Below the pieces are notes generated by a model. That model saw only the letters and a list, made by a program, of their open reading frames with translations. It made no database searches and had not been told where the DNA came from. Positions 18,585 through 27,829 of a stretch of DNA of 33,239 nt are shown in pieces. The translations under genes were made by a program, and so were the position numbers. Position 1 is the first letter of the stretch. Each line of letters begins with the position of its first letter. This DNA comes from Candidatus Iainarchaeum sp. Its GTDB lineage: Archaea > B1Sed10-29 > WALL01. The stretch lies in assembly GCA_016939415.1 (NCBI GenBank), contig JAFGGZ010000035.1, forward strand, positions 1 through 33,239. The letters are read 5' to 3'.

Positions 18585-19583
18585 GTGACAAAACTATCAC
18601 GTCCCCGGAGAGGTTCTCTTGGGTTCTCACCGAGAAAGCGCGCGAAGCGCCCCTACGCCAGCCCCCGCTCTTACACAAAGAGCGAAGCGGCCAAGGCACT
18701 GGCATTCCCGGGATACAAAGCAGGCATGACGCACGTCATGGCAGTCGACAAATACCCCACCTCGCCATCCTTCGACCAGACCGTGTTCATCCCCGCAACC
18801 ATCATCGAGTGCCCGCCCATGACTGTGTTCGGCATCAGGGCGTACGAAATGACGGTTAACGGCCTAAATGCAGTCACAGAAGTTTGGGCCGAAAAACTCG
18901 ACAAGAACCTCAAACGCAAAACATCCACGCCCAAAGAACACAACCACGACACCAAAAAGATCGAGGAAAAACTCGGAACTCTTTCTGAAATCAGACTCCT
19001 CGTGCACACGAACCCCACATTCAAGAAAAAGCCAGAGGCATTCGAAGTCCTCGTCGGAGGGGACGTGAAAGCCGCATGGGAGTACGCCAAAAGCGTGCTC
19101 GGAAAACAAGTCAAGGCCAGCGACGTGCTCAAGGCAGGAGACTGCGTCGACGCAATCGCGATCACCAAAGGCAAAGGCATTCAAGGCCCTGTAAAGCGCT
19201 GGGGCACAAAAATACAGTACAGGAAAGCCCACGGCAAGCGCAGGCACGTCGGCGTCGTGAACCCATGGACGCCGAACCGGACCATGTGGACCGCGCTGGA
19301 AGCCGGCCAGATGGGATACCACCGCAGAACCGAATTCAACAAGCGCATACTTGCCATAGGCGAAGACGGCAAGGCCATCACCCCGAAAGGCGGCATACCC
19401 AACTACGGCGTGGTCAAGAGCGAGTACGTACTCGTGAAAGGAAGCCTTCCAGGCACGAAGAAAAGACTGGTTGTCATGAGGCCGCCCGCAAGACCGACAG
19501 CAGAGAAGCCAGCCTATGAAGTGAAGAGCATTTCAACAGACTCTCAGCAAGGCAAGCGCTCTTGGAAGGGGGTTGAAGCATGA
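18585..19583 (+). CDS. rpl3: 50S ribosomal protein L3 (uL3)
   Basis: RPRRGSLGFSPRKRA, GYKAGMTH, TKGKGIQGPVKRWG, AGQMGYHRRTEFNK. GTG 18585 follows GGGTGAT SD. Confidence 0.97.
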   Translation: MTKLSRPRRGSLGFSPRKRAKRPYASPRSYTKSEAAKALAFPGYKAGMTHVMAVDKYPTSPSFDQTVFIPATIIECPPMTVFGIRAYEMTVNGLNAVTEVWAEKLDKNLKRKTSTPKEHNHDTKKIEEKLGTLSEIRLLVHTNPTFKKKPEAFEVLVGGDVKAAWEYAKSVLGKQVKASDVLKAGDCVDAIAITKGKGIQGPVKRWGTKIQYRKAHGKRRHVGVVNPWTPNRTMWTALEAGQMGYHRRTEFNKRILAIGEDGKAITPKGGIPNYGVVKSEYVLVKGSLPGTKKRLVVMRPPARPTAEKPAYEVKSISTDSQQGKRSWKGVEA

Positions 19584-20374
19584 AAACCCAGATCTACTCA
19601 ATCAAAGGGGAACAAGTCAAGAGCATGGACCTACCCAAAGTGTTCAAGACAGGCTATAACCCGGCACTCATCAGGAGAGCAGTCGTGACAGAGCAGAGCA
19701 CGAGGCTGCAGCCGAAAGGCAATGACATAACCGCAGGACTCAAGACGAGTGCTGAGTACATAGGCCGCAGACAGGCATTCAGGAGCGGCATAAACAAAGG
19801 CATCTCCAGACTGCCACGCGTCAAGCTCGGCGGCGGAGGCCTCGGGGAAGTGCGCATAGTCCCGCACGCCAAAGGCGGAAGGAGAGCGCACCCTCCGAAG
19901 GTCGAAAAAGTGCTTGAGAAGCACATGAACAAGAAAGAAAAGAAACTCGCACTCATGTCGGCCATAGCCGCAACAACCCAAAAAGAACTCGTGAAGGAGC
20001 GCGGCCACGAACTCAACGGAATCAAGGACGTGCCGATCATAGTCGAAGACAAGTTCCAATCACTGAAGAAGACCAAGGAAGCAGTGGAAACACTCACGAA
20101 ACTAGGTCTCGGAAAAGACCTGAACCGCGCGAGCAAGAAGAAGGTGCGGGCAGGAAAGAAGCGCGTCGCAAAACATGAGAAGAAGAAGAGCGTTCTCATC
20201 ATCGTCGGCAAGGACGACGGCGCGATAAAGGCGTGCAGGAACATACAGGGCGTGGACATCGCCACAGTCGAGCGACTGAACGTGGGATTGCTCGCTCCCG
20301 GAGCGCACGCAGGAAGACTCACTGTCTGGACAGAGTCCGCAGTGAAGCAGGTCGGTGAGAAATATGGCGCTTAA
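19580..20374 (+). CDS. rpl4: 50S ribosomal protein L4 (uL4)
   Basis: GGRRAHPPK, LLAPGAHAGRLTVWTESA. Confidence 0.97.
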   Translation: MKTQIYSIKGEQVKSMDLPKVFKTGYNPALIRRAVVTEQSTRLQPKGNDITAGLKTSAEYIGRRQAFRSGINKGISRLPRVKLGGGGLGEVRIVPHAKGGRRAHPPKVEKVLEKHMNKKEKKLALMSAIAATTQKELVKERGHELNGIKDVPIIVEDKFQSLKKTKEAVETLTKLGLGKDLNRASKKKVRAGKKRVAKHEKKKSVLIIVGKDDGAIKACRNIQGVDIATVERLNVGLLAPGAHAGRLTVWTESAVKQVGEKYGA

Positions 20375-20612
20375 GTACCCTCTCACTACGGAAAAGTCTG
20401 TCAACAGCATCGAAGGCGAGAACAAGATCGTGTTCGTCGTGGACAAGACCGCGACAAAGAACGAGATAAAGAAGGAAGTGGAAGACACTTACAAGGTCAA
20501 AGTGAAGCAAGTGAACACAAGCATTGACCGCAGGGGAAAGAAGAAAGCCTTCATCACGCTCACAAAGGAGAGCAAGGCAGCAGACCTTGCAACGAAACTC
20601 AACCTGATATGA
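20364..20612 (+). CDS. rpl23: 50S ribosomal protein L23 (uL23)
   Basis: YPLTTEK, NKIVFVVD..ATKNEIK, KKAFITL. ATG 20364 follows GGTGA. Confidence 0.95.
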   Translation: MALKYPLTTEKSVNSIEGENKIVFVVDKTATKNEIKKEVEDTYKVKVKQVNTSIDRRGKKKAFITLTKESKAADLATKLNLI

Positions 20613-20622
20613 GGCGGTGCAA

Positions 20623-21327
20623 ATGGGAAAACGAATAGGAACGCAACGCAGGGGACGTGGAGCAGCTAGGTACACAGCCCCTTCCCACAGGTTCAAAAGC
20701 GAGGCCAAGTACAAGCCCGGAAACCTGGAAGGCGTCGTGACAGACTTCGAGAAAGACGCATCCAAGACCACGGTCATGATGAAGATCGCGTGGAAGGACG
20801 GAACAGACTCATACTACCTCGCTCCCGAAGGCGTGTTCACCGAGCAAGGGGTAGTTCAAGGCACGGGGCCAGTCAACATCGGTAACATCCTGCCGCTCGC
20901 GAGCATTCCGGAAGGCACGCCCATATTCAACATAGAGAACGTGCCGGGCGACGGCGGCAAGACAATCCGCAGCTCCGGGACGAACGGCATCATAATCAAC
21001 AGGGTTGGCGACAAGGTCAATGTCAAACTGCCCTCAAAGAAAATAATGGTATTCAACGCGCAATGCAGGGCGACTGTAGGGATCGCTGCCGGAGGAGGCA
21101 GGCTTGAGAAGCCGCTCCTGAAGGCAGGCAACGCAGTGAAGAAGAACAGGGCGCGCGGCCACAGATACCCCCACGTCAGGGGAGTCGCCATGAACCCAGT
21201 CAACCACCCACACGGAGGCAAGGAACACCACACAGGAAAGCCGACTACAGTGAGCAGGAACGCCCCCCCAGGACAGAAGGTCGGGCACATCGCAGCTCGG
21301 AGAGTGGGCAGGAAGAAGAGGAAGTGA
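20623..21327 (+). CDS. rpl2: 50S ribosomal protein L2 (uL2)
   Basis: MGKRIGTQRRGRG, VRGVAMNPVNHPHGG, PPGQKVGHIAARR. Confidence 0.97.
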   Translation: MGKRIGTQRRGRGAARYTAPSHRFKSEAKYKPGNLEGVVTDFEKDASKTTVMMKIAWKDGTDSYYLAPEGVFTEQGVVQGTGPVNIGNILPLASIPEGTPIFNIENVPGDGGKTIRSSGTNGIIINRVGDKVNVKLPSKKIMVFNAQCRATVGIAAGGGRLEKPLLKAGNAVKKNRARGHRYPHVRGVAMNPVNHPHGGKEHHTGKPTTVSRNAPPGQKVGHIAARRVGRKKRK

Positions 21328-21333
21328 GTTGAT

Positions 21334-21720
21334 ATGGTAAAAGAGTTCCTGTACAAAGGCAACACCATCGAACAACTGCAGGCAAAGACAGAGGAAGAGC
21401 TCATGAACCTGTTCCCGAGCAGGGAGCGCAGGCACATGAAGCGCGGGTGGACAGAAGAAGAAAAGAAACTCCTCAAGAAGCTGCGCAGCAGCGGGGAAGA
21501 CGCCGTAGTACGCACGCACTGCAGGAGCATGATCGTGCTGCCCGAAATGGCTGGCAGGAAGATAGCAGTATACAACGGAAAGGAATTCACTTACCTGACG
21601 ATAGTGCCGGAGATGGTTGGGCACAGGCTCGGGGAGTTCGCTCTAACGAGAAAGAACGTCAAGCACTCGGCCGCAGGAATCGGCGCGACGAGGTCCACAA
21701 AATTCATCTCTGTGAAATGA
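21334..21720 (+). CDS. rps19: 30S ribosomal protein S19 (uS19)
   Basis: RTHCRSMIVLPEM, YNGKEF, MVGHRLGEFA, GATRS. Confidence 0.97.
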   Translation: MVKEFLYKGNTIEQLQAKTEEELMNLFPSRERRHMKRGWTEEEKKLLKKLRSSGEDAVVRTHCRSMIVLPEMAGRKIAVYNGKEFTYLTIVPEMVGHRLGEFALTRKNVKHSAAGIGATRSTKFISVK

Positions 21721-21730
21721 GGTTGATTGC

Positions 21731-22153
21731 ATGGCTTACAGCACTGACATGGAAGGCGCACGCGCTATGGGAAGGGGGATAGACATGTCCCCAAAGCACG
21801 CCATCGAGGTGTGCACAGCAATCCGCGGAAAGCGCGTCGAAGCGGCCAAAAAGTTCCTTGAGAACGTCATGACCAAAGAGGAGCACGTGCCATTCAAGCG
21901 ATTCAACAAACAGGTGCCGCACAGGAGCGGCGGGCCGGGCAGGTACCCAGTCAAGGCCGCGAAGCACATCTTGGGCATCCTAAAGAATGCCGAAGCCAAT
22001 GCGGACAGCCGGGGCATGGACACAGAAAGACTGTACATCGCCCACGCCAAAGCCGATAAGGGCAGGGCGTACGCCCGCAGGGCCGCGAAGGGACGAATGA
22101 AGACGCACACGTTGCAGACAGTCAACGTTGAAATCGTGCTCAAGGAGGCATGA
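21731..22153 (+). CDS. rpl22: 50S ribosomal protein L22 (uL22)
   Basis: SPKHAIEVC, VPFKRFN, GRYPVKAA, NAEANA. Confidence 0.96.
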   Translation: MAYSTDMEGARAMGRGIDMSPKHAIEVCTAIRGKRVEAAKKFLENVMTKEEHVPFKRFNKQVPHRSGGPGRYPVKAAKHILGILKNAEANADSRGMDTERLYIAHAKADKGRAYARRAAKGRMKTHTLQTVNVEIVLKEA

Positions 22154-22848
22154 ACTTGATTGAAAGAAAGTTCATTCAGGAAGGCATCGTGAGGAGCAAC
22201 ATCAACGAGTTCCTCAAAAGGAAGCTCAGGAGAGCGGGCTTTGTCGGCGTTGACATACAGAAGACGCCGATCATGACCCGCGTGGTCATACAAGTAGAGC
22301 GACCCGGACTCGTCATAGGAAAGAAAGGCTCCACGATAAGAACGCTCACTACTGACTTGGAGAAGCGGTTCGGCCTCGACAACGTTCAGATAAAGGTTGA
22401 GGAAGTAGGCGTGCCCGAACTCAACGCGGCAGTCATGGCAAGGCGCATAGCATCAAGTTTGGAGCGCGGCGTGAACTTCAGCCGCGTCATTAATTGGACG
22501 CTGGAAAAGATCATGGGGGCAGGCGCGCGCGGAGCAGAAATCATTGTCGCAGGAAAGCTCGTGGGCAAGGGCGGCAAGTCGAAGAAGCAGCGCGTCAATG
22601 CCGGCTACATGATGAAGGCAGGCGAGCCCTCAAAGCTCGTGCAGACGAGCCAGACGCAGGCCATAATGAAGGCAGGCATCATAGGCGTCACTGTCAAGAT
22701 AGTGCCGCCGGACGTGAGGCCGCCGGACAAGGTAAGCATAGAAAAGCACGCGAAAGGAGGTGAAACCGTTGGCAATACTAAGACCCCCGGAAATCCGGCA
22801 GATGAGTCCGGAGGAAAGGAAGGAGAAGTTGCAGCAGTTGAAGAGTGA
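22150..22848 (+). CDS. rps3: 30S ribosomal protein S3 (uS3)
   Basis: KH loop RPGLVIGKKG, PELNA, AGARGAEIIVAGKL. Confidence 0.96.
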   Translation: MNLIERKFIQEGIVRSNINEFLKRKLRRAGFVGVDIQKTPIMTRVVIQVERPGLVIGKKGSTIRTLTTDLEKRFGLDNVQIKVEEVGVPELNAAVMARRIASSLERGVNFSRVINWTLEKIMGAGARGAEIIVAGKLVGKGGKSKKQRVNAGYMMKAGEPSKLVQTSQTQAIMKAGIIGVTVKIVPPDVRPPDKVSIEKHAKGGETVGNTKTPGNPADESGGKEGEVAAVEE

Positions 22849-23035
22849 ATTCTCGAAAGAGAAAGCTGCGGTTGTCAGCGGCACGCGCCCAGAGAACGCC
22901 GGCCGCATTAAGGAAGTAAGGCGGACAATCGCGCGCATACTCACAATCCAGAAAGAACCCGGCAAGAAAGCCGCGGAAAAAACCACAACAAAAAAAGAGG
23001 CAAAGAAAGAATCGGAGGTCGTTAAAAAGAAATGA
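22769..23035 (+). CDS. rpl29: 50S ribosomal protein L29 (uL29) with Lys-rich tail; TTG start inside S3
   Basis: (M)AILRPPEIRQMSPEER...ENAGRIKEVRRTIARILT. Strong SD AAGGAGGTGA 5 nt before TTG 22769. Confidence 0.92.
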   Translation: MAILRPPEIRQMSPEERKEKLQQLKSEFSKEKAAVVSGTRPENAGRIKEVRRTIARILTIQKEPGKKAAEKTTTKKEAKKESEVVKKK

Positions 23036-23337
23036 CAGAGATGTGTCCAGCGTGCGGTCTGCCAAAAGACCTGTGCGTCTGTCAGGAAATTGCCAAAGAA
23101 AAGCAAAAGATTCGCATAAGGGTCGAGACGAAGAAGTACCAGAAGAGGATGACCGTCATCGAGAACCTGGACCCTGACACGGATCTGGAAGACATCTGCA
23201 CGCAGCTCAAGAGAAAGCTTGCGTGTGGTGGCACAGTCAAGAACGGGCGCATAGAGCTTCAGGGTGGGCGCACTGACCGCGTGAAAGAAGCACTCATAAA
23301 ACTAAACTTCCCAGAGGATCGGATTGAAACATCTTAA
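23032..23337 (+). CDS. sui1: Translation initiation factor aIF1 (SUI1 family)
   Basis: CPACGLPKDLCVC, LKRKLACGGT, IELQG. Confidence 0.95.
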   Translation: MTEMCPACGLPKDLCVCQEIAKEKQKIRIRVETKKYQKRMTVIENLDPDTDLEDICTQLKRKLACGGTVKNGRIELQGGRTDRVKEALIKLNFPEDRIETS

Positions 23338-23599
23338 GGCGCTGGCGATGAACCCCATCATCGGGTGCCCTGTCGAGGTCGTGAGGACGACTTCGCCCGG
23401 CCCCATCGTGAAGGGAGTCATTGCCGACGAAACGCTCAAGACCATCACGGTCCGAACCGAGAAGGGTGACAAGCAGCTTCAGAAACGGTCAATACGACTG
23501 CGCATCGGAATGCCCTCTGGCATCGTGGAGGTGGAAGGACACCAACTCATGCAGAGGCCCCACGAACGCCTCAAAAAGCTGTGGAAAAATATTCGGTGA
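23324..23599 (+). CDS. rnp1: Ribonuclease P protein component 1 (Rpp29/Pop4)
   Basis: IIG..VEV, GVIADET, VEG..L..RPHERLK. Canonical position between aIF1 and S17. Start TTG 23324 or ATG 23348. Confidence 0.88.
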   Translation: MKHLKALAMNPIIGCPVEVVRTTSPGPIVKGVIADETLKTITVRTEKGDKQLQKRSIRLRIGMPSGIVEVEGHQLMQRPHERLKKLWKNIR

Positions 23600-23603
23600 G
23601 AAC

Positions 23604-23915
23604 ATGACTGAAGAAACCAGTTGCATGGACGTAAACTGCCCGAGGCACGGAAGCCTCAAGCTTAGGGGCAACACATTCACAGGAGTAGTTGTGAGCGACA
23701 AGATGAACCGCAGCGTTGTGGTCGAGCGGAAGTACTTGAAGAAAGTGCCGAAGTACGAGAGGTACGAACGCTCAAAGTCCAAGATAACTGCTCATAACCC
23801 TGACTGCGTCGCCGCCAAGGCGGGTGACGAGGTCGTGATAAGCGAATGCAGGAAGATAAGCAAGACGAAGAGCTTCGTAGTCACTGGAATAAAGAAGAGG
23901 GGTGAGGCAAAGTGA
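23604..23915 (+). CDS. rps17: 30S ribosomal protein S17 (uS17)
   Basis: C.D.NCPRHGSLKLRG, KYERYERSKS, ECRKISKTKSF. Confidence 0.96.
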   Translation: MTEETSCMDVNCPRHGSLKLRGNTFTGVVVSDKMNRSVVVERKYLKKVPKYERYERSKSKITAHNPDCVAAKAGDEVVISECRKISKTKSFVVTGIKKRGEAK

Positions 23916-24310
23916 AAGCAGTAGCAGCGCACATCACGAAGTGCCTGGGAATCCAGAGCATACTGAAGTGCGATGACAACACGGGCGCCAAAGAACTTCA
24001 GATCATCGGGGTTGTGGGATACAAGGGGCAGCGAAGGCAAGTCCCAAAGGCAGGTATCGGCGACGTAGTGGTCTGCAGCGTGAAGAAAGGCAAGCCTGAC
24101 GTCCGGAAGAAGATTGTCAAGGCCGTCATCGTGCGGCAGAAGAAGGAGTTCCGGCGCAGGGACGGCACTCACATAAAGTTCAACGACAATGCGGCAGTGC
24201 TCATTGATGATACGGGCATGCCCAAAGGCACTGAGATCAAAGGGGTTGTGGCCAAGGAAGTGGCCGAGCGATTCGCCAAAGTCGCGACGCGGGCCAAGAA
24301 CGTGGTGTAG
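23912..24310 (+). CDS. rpl14: 50S ribosomal protein L14 (uL14)
   Basis: CDDNTGAK, AVIVRQKKEFRR.DG, DNAAV, PKGTEIKG. Confidence 0.97.
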   Translation: MKAVAAHITKCLGIQSILKCDDNTGAKELQIIGVVGYKGQRRQVPKAGIGDVVVCSVKKGKPDVRKKIVKAVIVRQKKEFRRRDGTHIKFNDNAAVLIDDTGMPKGTEIKGVVAKEVAERFAKVATRAKNVV

Positions 24311-24319
24311 GTGATGGGG

Positions 24320-24670
24320 ATGGATTCCAAGCAACCGAGAAAGCAGAGAAAAGCGCACTTCGGCGCTGCGATGCACGAGCGGCAGAAGAAGGTAGCTGCG
24401 CCCCTCTCAAAAGAACTGCGCGAGAAGCACAAGAAGCGCAGCATGGCCGTGAGGAAAGGGGATACAGTGAAGGTAGTGCGCGGCCAGTATAAAGGCATCA
24501 CTGAGAAGGTCATGGAAGTCGACTTGAAGAGGTACAGGATATTCGTCAAGGGCGCGGAGCGAAAGAACGCCAAGGGCAAGGAATCTCCGTACCCTATTCA
24601 CCCATCAAACGTGATGATTACCGAGCTCAGCCTTGACGACGAGCTGAGGAAAAGCAAGCTGAAGGGATGA
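24320..24670 (+). CDS. rpl24: 50S ribosomal protein L24 (uL24)
   Basis: SKQPRKQRK, LSKELR, VRKGDTVKVVRG, PIHPSNV. Confidence 0.96.
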   Translation: MDSKQPRKQRKAHFGAAMHERQKKVAAPLSKELREKHKKRSMAVRKGDTVKVVRGQYKGITEKVMEVDLKRYRIFVKGAERKNAKGKESPYPIHPSNVMITELSLDDELRKSKLKG

Positions 24671-24674
24671 TTGT

Positions 24675-25400
24675 ATGGCAAGCAGAGGAGAATCAAAGAT
24701 CCTGAAGAGGTTGCCGGCACCCAAGACGATGCACGTGCTCAGGAAAGAGCACAAGTTCACTGTAAAAGCCAGTTCAGGACCTCACGCGATCAGGAACAGC
24801 GTTCCGATGGCCACTGTCCTCAGGGAACTGACCGGAATGGCTGACAACCTGCATGAGGTGAAGCGCATACTCCAGGACGGCAAGGTGCTCATCGACGGGA
24901 AGATTGTCAAGGACTACGCTTTCCCGATCGGGTTCATGGACGTGGTGAGCATACCGAACGTGGACAAGTACTACCGCGCGGTGTATGACCGGAAGGGCCG
25001 GCTAAAGCTTACTGAGATCAACAGGCAGAACGCAGGATTCAAGCTGTGCAAGATACGCAACAAGACAGTAATCGGCGGAGGGAGGATACAGCTCAACCTC
25101 CACGATGGAAAGAACATACTGATGGAGAAGAACAAGTACAACGTGGGGGACGTGCTCAAGATAGAAGTCCCTAGCTTGAACGTGCTAGACTCATACTCCC
25201 TCGCCAAGGGCAGTGTTGCCTATGTAACAGGCGGCAAGCACGCAGGAGAAACAGGGCGGATCGAGGACTTGGTTCCGGGCACGATGGCCCGCAGGCCGCT
25301 GGCAGTGATAAAGAGCGGGGAAGAGCAGTTCGAGACGCAGAAGGACTACGTGTTCGTGCTGGGAACGAAAGAGGCCGCTGTGAAGGTCCAATTGGAGTGA
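24675..25400 (+). CDS. rps4e: 30S ribosomal protein S4e
   Basis: LKRLPAP, GPH, FPIGFMDV, QLNLHDGKN, VTGGKHAG. Confidence 0.96.
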   Translation: MASRGESKILKRLPAPKTMHVLRKEHKFTVKASSGPHAIRNSVPMATVLRELTGMADNLHEVKRILQDGKVLIDGKIVKDYAFPIGFMDVVSIPNVDKYYRAVYDRKGRLKLTEINRQNAGFKLCKIRNKTVIGGGRIQLNLHDGKNILMEKNKYNVGDVLKIEVPSLNVLDSYSLAKGSVAYVTGGKHAGETGRIEDLVPGTMARRPLAVIKSGEEQFETQKDYVFVLGTKEAAVKVQLE

Positions 25401-25406
25401 TGACCT

Positions 25407-25901
25407 ATGATTAACGTGAGCAAGGTCACCGTCAACATCGGCGTTGGAAACGCCGGAGAACAGCTGGAGCGAGCGGAGAAATTGCTGAACATACTCTGCG
25501 AACAGAAACCCATCCGCACCAAGGCCAGACAGAGAATTCCGACTTGGGGCATTCGCAAAAATGAAGAGATCGGCGTCAAGGTAACGCTCCGCGGGAAAAA
25601 GGCAAAGGACTTCGTTGACAGGGCCATTAACGCCAGGGAAAGGAAGCTCAAGGCAACGCAATTCGACGATGTAGGCAACTTCGCGTTCGGCGTGCCCGAG
25701 TACATCGACATACCCGGCGTGAAGTACGACCCTACAGTAGGGATATTCGGGTTCGACGTATGCGTCACTCTCGGGAAGAACGGTTACAGGATAAAGAGCA
25801 GGAAGCGCGCGAAGAGGAAAGTCCCTAGCTCACATAAGCTCACCAAAGAAGAGGCAATTGAGTGGGTGCGCAACAACATGAAGATCCAAGTGGAGGAGTG
25901 A
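25407..25901 (+). CDS. rpl5: 50S ribosomal protein L5 (uL5)
   Basis: [40 protein letters not shown]. Confidence 0.96.
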   Translation: MINVSKVTVNIGVGNAGEQLERAEKLLNILCEQKPIRTKARQRIPTWGIRKNEEIGVKVTLRGKKAKDFVDRAINARERKLKATQFDDVGNFAFGVPEYIDIPGVKYDPTVGIFGFDVCVTLGKNGYRIKSRKRAKRKVPSSHKLTKEEAIEWVRNNMKIQVEE

Positions 25902-25906
25902 GCGCC

Positions 25907-26092
25907 ATGGTAAAGAAGAAACAGCAGAAGGGCGGAACAAAGCAGAAGGGAAAGAAAGTCCCGAAAGGCACCAAGCAAAGGCAGTGCAGGATATGCAGGG
26001 CGCGAAGAGGAATTATCCACAGGTACGGGCTGCACATCTGCAGACGGTGCTTCCGCGAGCAAGCAGAGAGCATGGGGTTCAAGAAGTATTAG
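25907..26092 (+). CDS. rps14: 30S ribosomal protein S14 (uS14, Zn-binding)
   Basis: CRIC...[19 protein letters not shown]. Confidence 0.95.
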   Translation: MVKKKQQKGGTKQKGKKVPKGTKQRQCRICRARRGIIHRYGLHICRRCFREQAESMGFKKY

Positions 26093-26101
26093 GTGATTAA
26101 C

Positions 26102-26494
26102 ATGGTTCTCAACGATCCGTTGCTCAACGCCATGAGCACAATGAAGAACGCCGAGAAGGTGGGAAAGAGCGAGTGCAAGATAAACCCCGCGTCAAAGATG
26201 ATAGGCGACGTGCTCAAGGTCATGCAGAAGGAGAAGTACATCGGCGAGTTCGAGTTCGTCGACAACGGCAAGAGCGGCCACTACAATGTCAAGCTGCTCG
26301 GCAAGATAAACAACTGCGGAGTCATCAAGCCGAGACTTGCAGTCAAGCGCGAGAGCTACGAAGAATACGAGAATAGGTTCCTGCCGGCAGAGAACATGGG
26401 AGTGCTTGTCGTGTCAACATCGTACGGCGTGATGACGCAGCGCGAGGCAACCACAAGAAAGGTTGGGGGACGGCTGCTGGCCTTCGTTTACTGA
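26102..26494 (+). CDS. rps8: 30S ribosomal protein S8 (uS8)
   Basis: [36 protein letters not shown]. Confidence 0.96.
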   Translation: MVLNDPLLNAMSTMKNAEKVGKSECKINPASKMIGDVLKVMQKEKYIGEFEFVDNGKSGHYNVKLLGKINNCGVIKPRLAVKRESYEEYENRFLPAENMGVLVVSTSYGVMTQREATTRKVGGRLLAFVY

Positions 26495-26505
26495 GGTGAT
26501 TTCGG

Positions 26506-27042
26506 ATGAGTATGGCTGTCGATATAAGAGAGGAAATCCCGATCGAGGACGGGGTGCAGGTGTCAGTGGAAGGTGACACAGTCAAAGTTAAGGGTCCTAA
26601 AGGCAGCTTGGAGCGCAATTTTGACCTCAGGAACATCCACGTCGCAACCGAGGGCAACAACGTCATTGTCTACTCCGAGTTCCCGAAACGCCAGCAGAAG
26701 GCGATGGTGGGAACAATCGCGTCGCACATAAAGAACATGATTCACGGCGCTAAAGAAGGGTTCGCGTACCGCCTGCAAGTGGTGTACGCCCACTTCCCCG
26801 TAAACCTCGGCGTGCAGGGGAACAAGGTCATCATCAAGAATTTCATGGGTGAGAAGCACCCCCGGGAATCACAGATTGCCGGCAATGTAAAAGTGGATAT
26901 ACAGGGGCAGAACATAACAGTCACGGGCGCCAACAAAGAAGACGTCGCCCAGACCTCCGCGAACCTCGTCGAGGCCACGCGCATAAAGCGCAGGGACCCG
27001 AGGGTGTTCAAGGACGGCATATACATAATAGGGAAGGAGTGA
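26506..27042 (+). CDS. rpl6: 50S ribosomal protein L6 (uL6)
   Basis: VKGPKG, YAHFP, NFMGEK, RDPRVFKDGIY. Confidence 0.96.
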   Translation: MSMAVDIREEIPIEDGVQVSVEGDTVKVKGPKGSLERNFDLRNIHVATEGNNVIVYSEFPKRQQKAMVGTIASHIKNMIHGAKEGFAYRLQVVYAHFPVNLGVQGNKVIIKNFMGEKHPRESQIAGNVKVDIQGQNITVTGANKEDVAQTSANLVEATRIKRRDPRVFKDGIYIIGKE

Positions 27043-27047
27043 GCCGC

Positions 27048-27398
27048 ATGGTAAAAAAGAGCTCACCGAAGAAGAGGAAAGTACCTACATTCGCGAGACA
27101 GAACGCTTCCGAGAAGAAGAGAGTCGGGAGCCGCTGGCGGAAACCTCGTGGCATCGACTCGAAGCAGCGCCAGCAACGCCAGGAGAAGGGAGCGCACCCG
27201 AGGATTGGATACTCCCAGCCGCGCGCAATCAGGGGAATGCACCCAACGGGCGTCAGGGAAATCCTCGTAAACAACCTCGCGGGACTTGAGGGATGCGCCG
27301 GCAAGGCCGTTCGCATCGCGTCAGCAGTGGGAAAGAGGAAGCGCGAGGGGATACTCAAGAAAGCGGAGGAGATGAAGCTCAGGGTGCTGAACCCCTGA
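27048..27398 (+). CDS. rpl32e: 50S ribosomal protein L32e
   Basis: WRKPRGIDSKQR, RGMHPTG.REILV, VLNP. Confidence 0.95.
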   Translation: MVKKSSPKKRKVPTFARQNASEKKRVGSRWRKPRGIDSKQRQQRQEKGAHPRIGYSQPRAIRGMHPTGVREILVNNLAGLEGCAGKAVRIASAVGKRKREGILKKAEEMKLRVLNP

Positions 27399-27411
27399 GG
27401 AGTTGATGGTC

Positions 27412-27828
27412 ATGGAAGTCGGCAAGGTAAAGAAGCTCGCGGCTCGAACGCTCGGGGTTGGCGTCCATCGCGTCAAGGTGATGAACGCAGAGCGTGCGGC
27501 AGAAGCAATCACGAGAGAGGATATCCGGACAATGGTGAAGGAGAAAGCCATCAAGCTAACGCCTGTTGTCGGGACGAGCCGCGCACGCGCCAGGATCCTG
27601 GCAGCAAAGAAGAAGGCGGGACGCAGGACCGGCGCAGGAAAGCGCAAGGGCACCAAAAAGGTGCGGCAGAAAAAGAAGCGAACGTGGATGGTTCGCGTGC
27701 GCGCGCAGCGCAGGAAGCTGCGCGAACTGAACCCGACGAATTACAGGCAGGTATACCGCATGATAAAGGGCGGGTTCTTCAAGTCAGTAAAGCACTTGCA
27801 GGAATACGTCAGGAAAGGGGGGCAGTAA
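27412..27828 (+). CDS. rpl19e: 50S ribosomal protein L19e
   Basis: KLAA..LGVG..RV, AITREDIR, GRRTGAGKRKG, YRMIKGGFF. Start ATG 27412 or 27406. Confidence 0.95.
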   Translation: MEVGKVKKLAARTLGVGVHRVKVMNAERAAEAITREDIRTMVKEKAIKLTPVVGTSRARARILAAKKKAGRRTGAGKRKGTKKVRQKKKRTWMVRVRAQRRKLRELNPTNYRQVYRMIKGGFFKSVKHLQEYVRKGGQ

Positions 27829-27829
27829 A

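Noticed and set aside
18485-18859. 124-aa Cys-rich ORF starting in the L3 leader
   Set aside because: It overlaps L3 out of frame, its ATG is at or just upstream of the expected TSS, and the Cys codons arise from the TG-rich hairpins. A regulatory uORF cannot be fully excluded.
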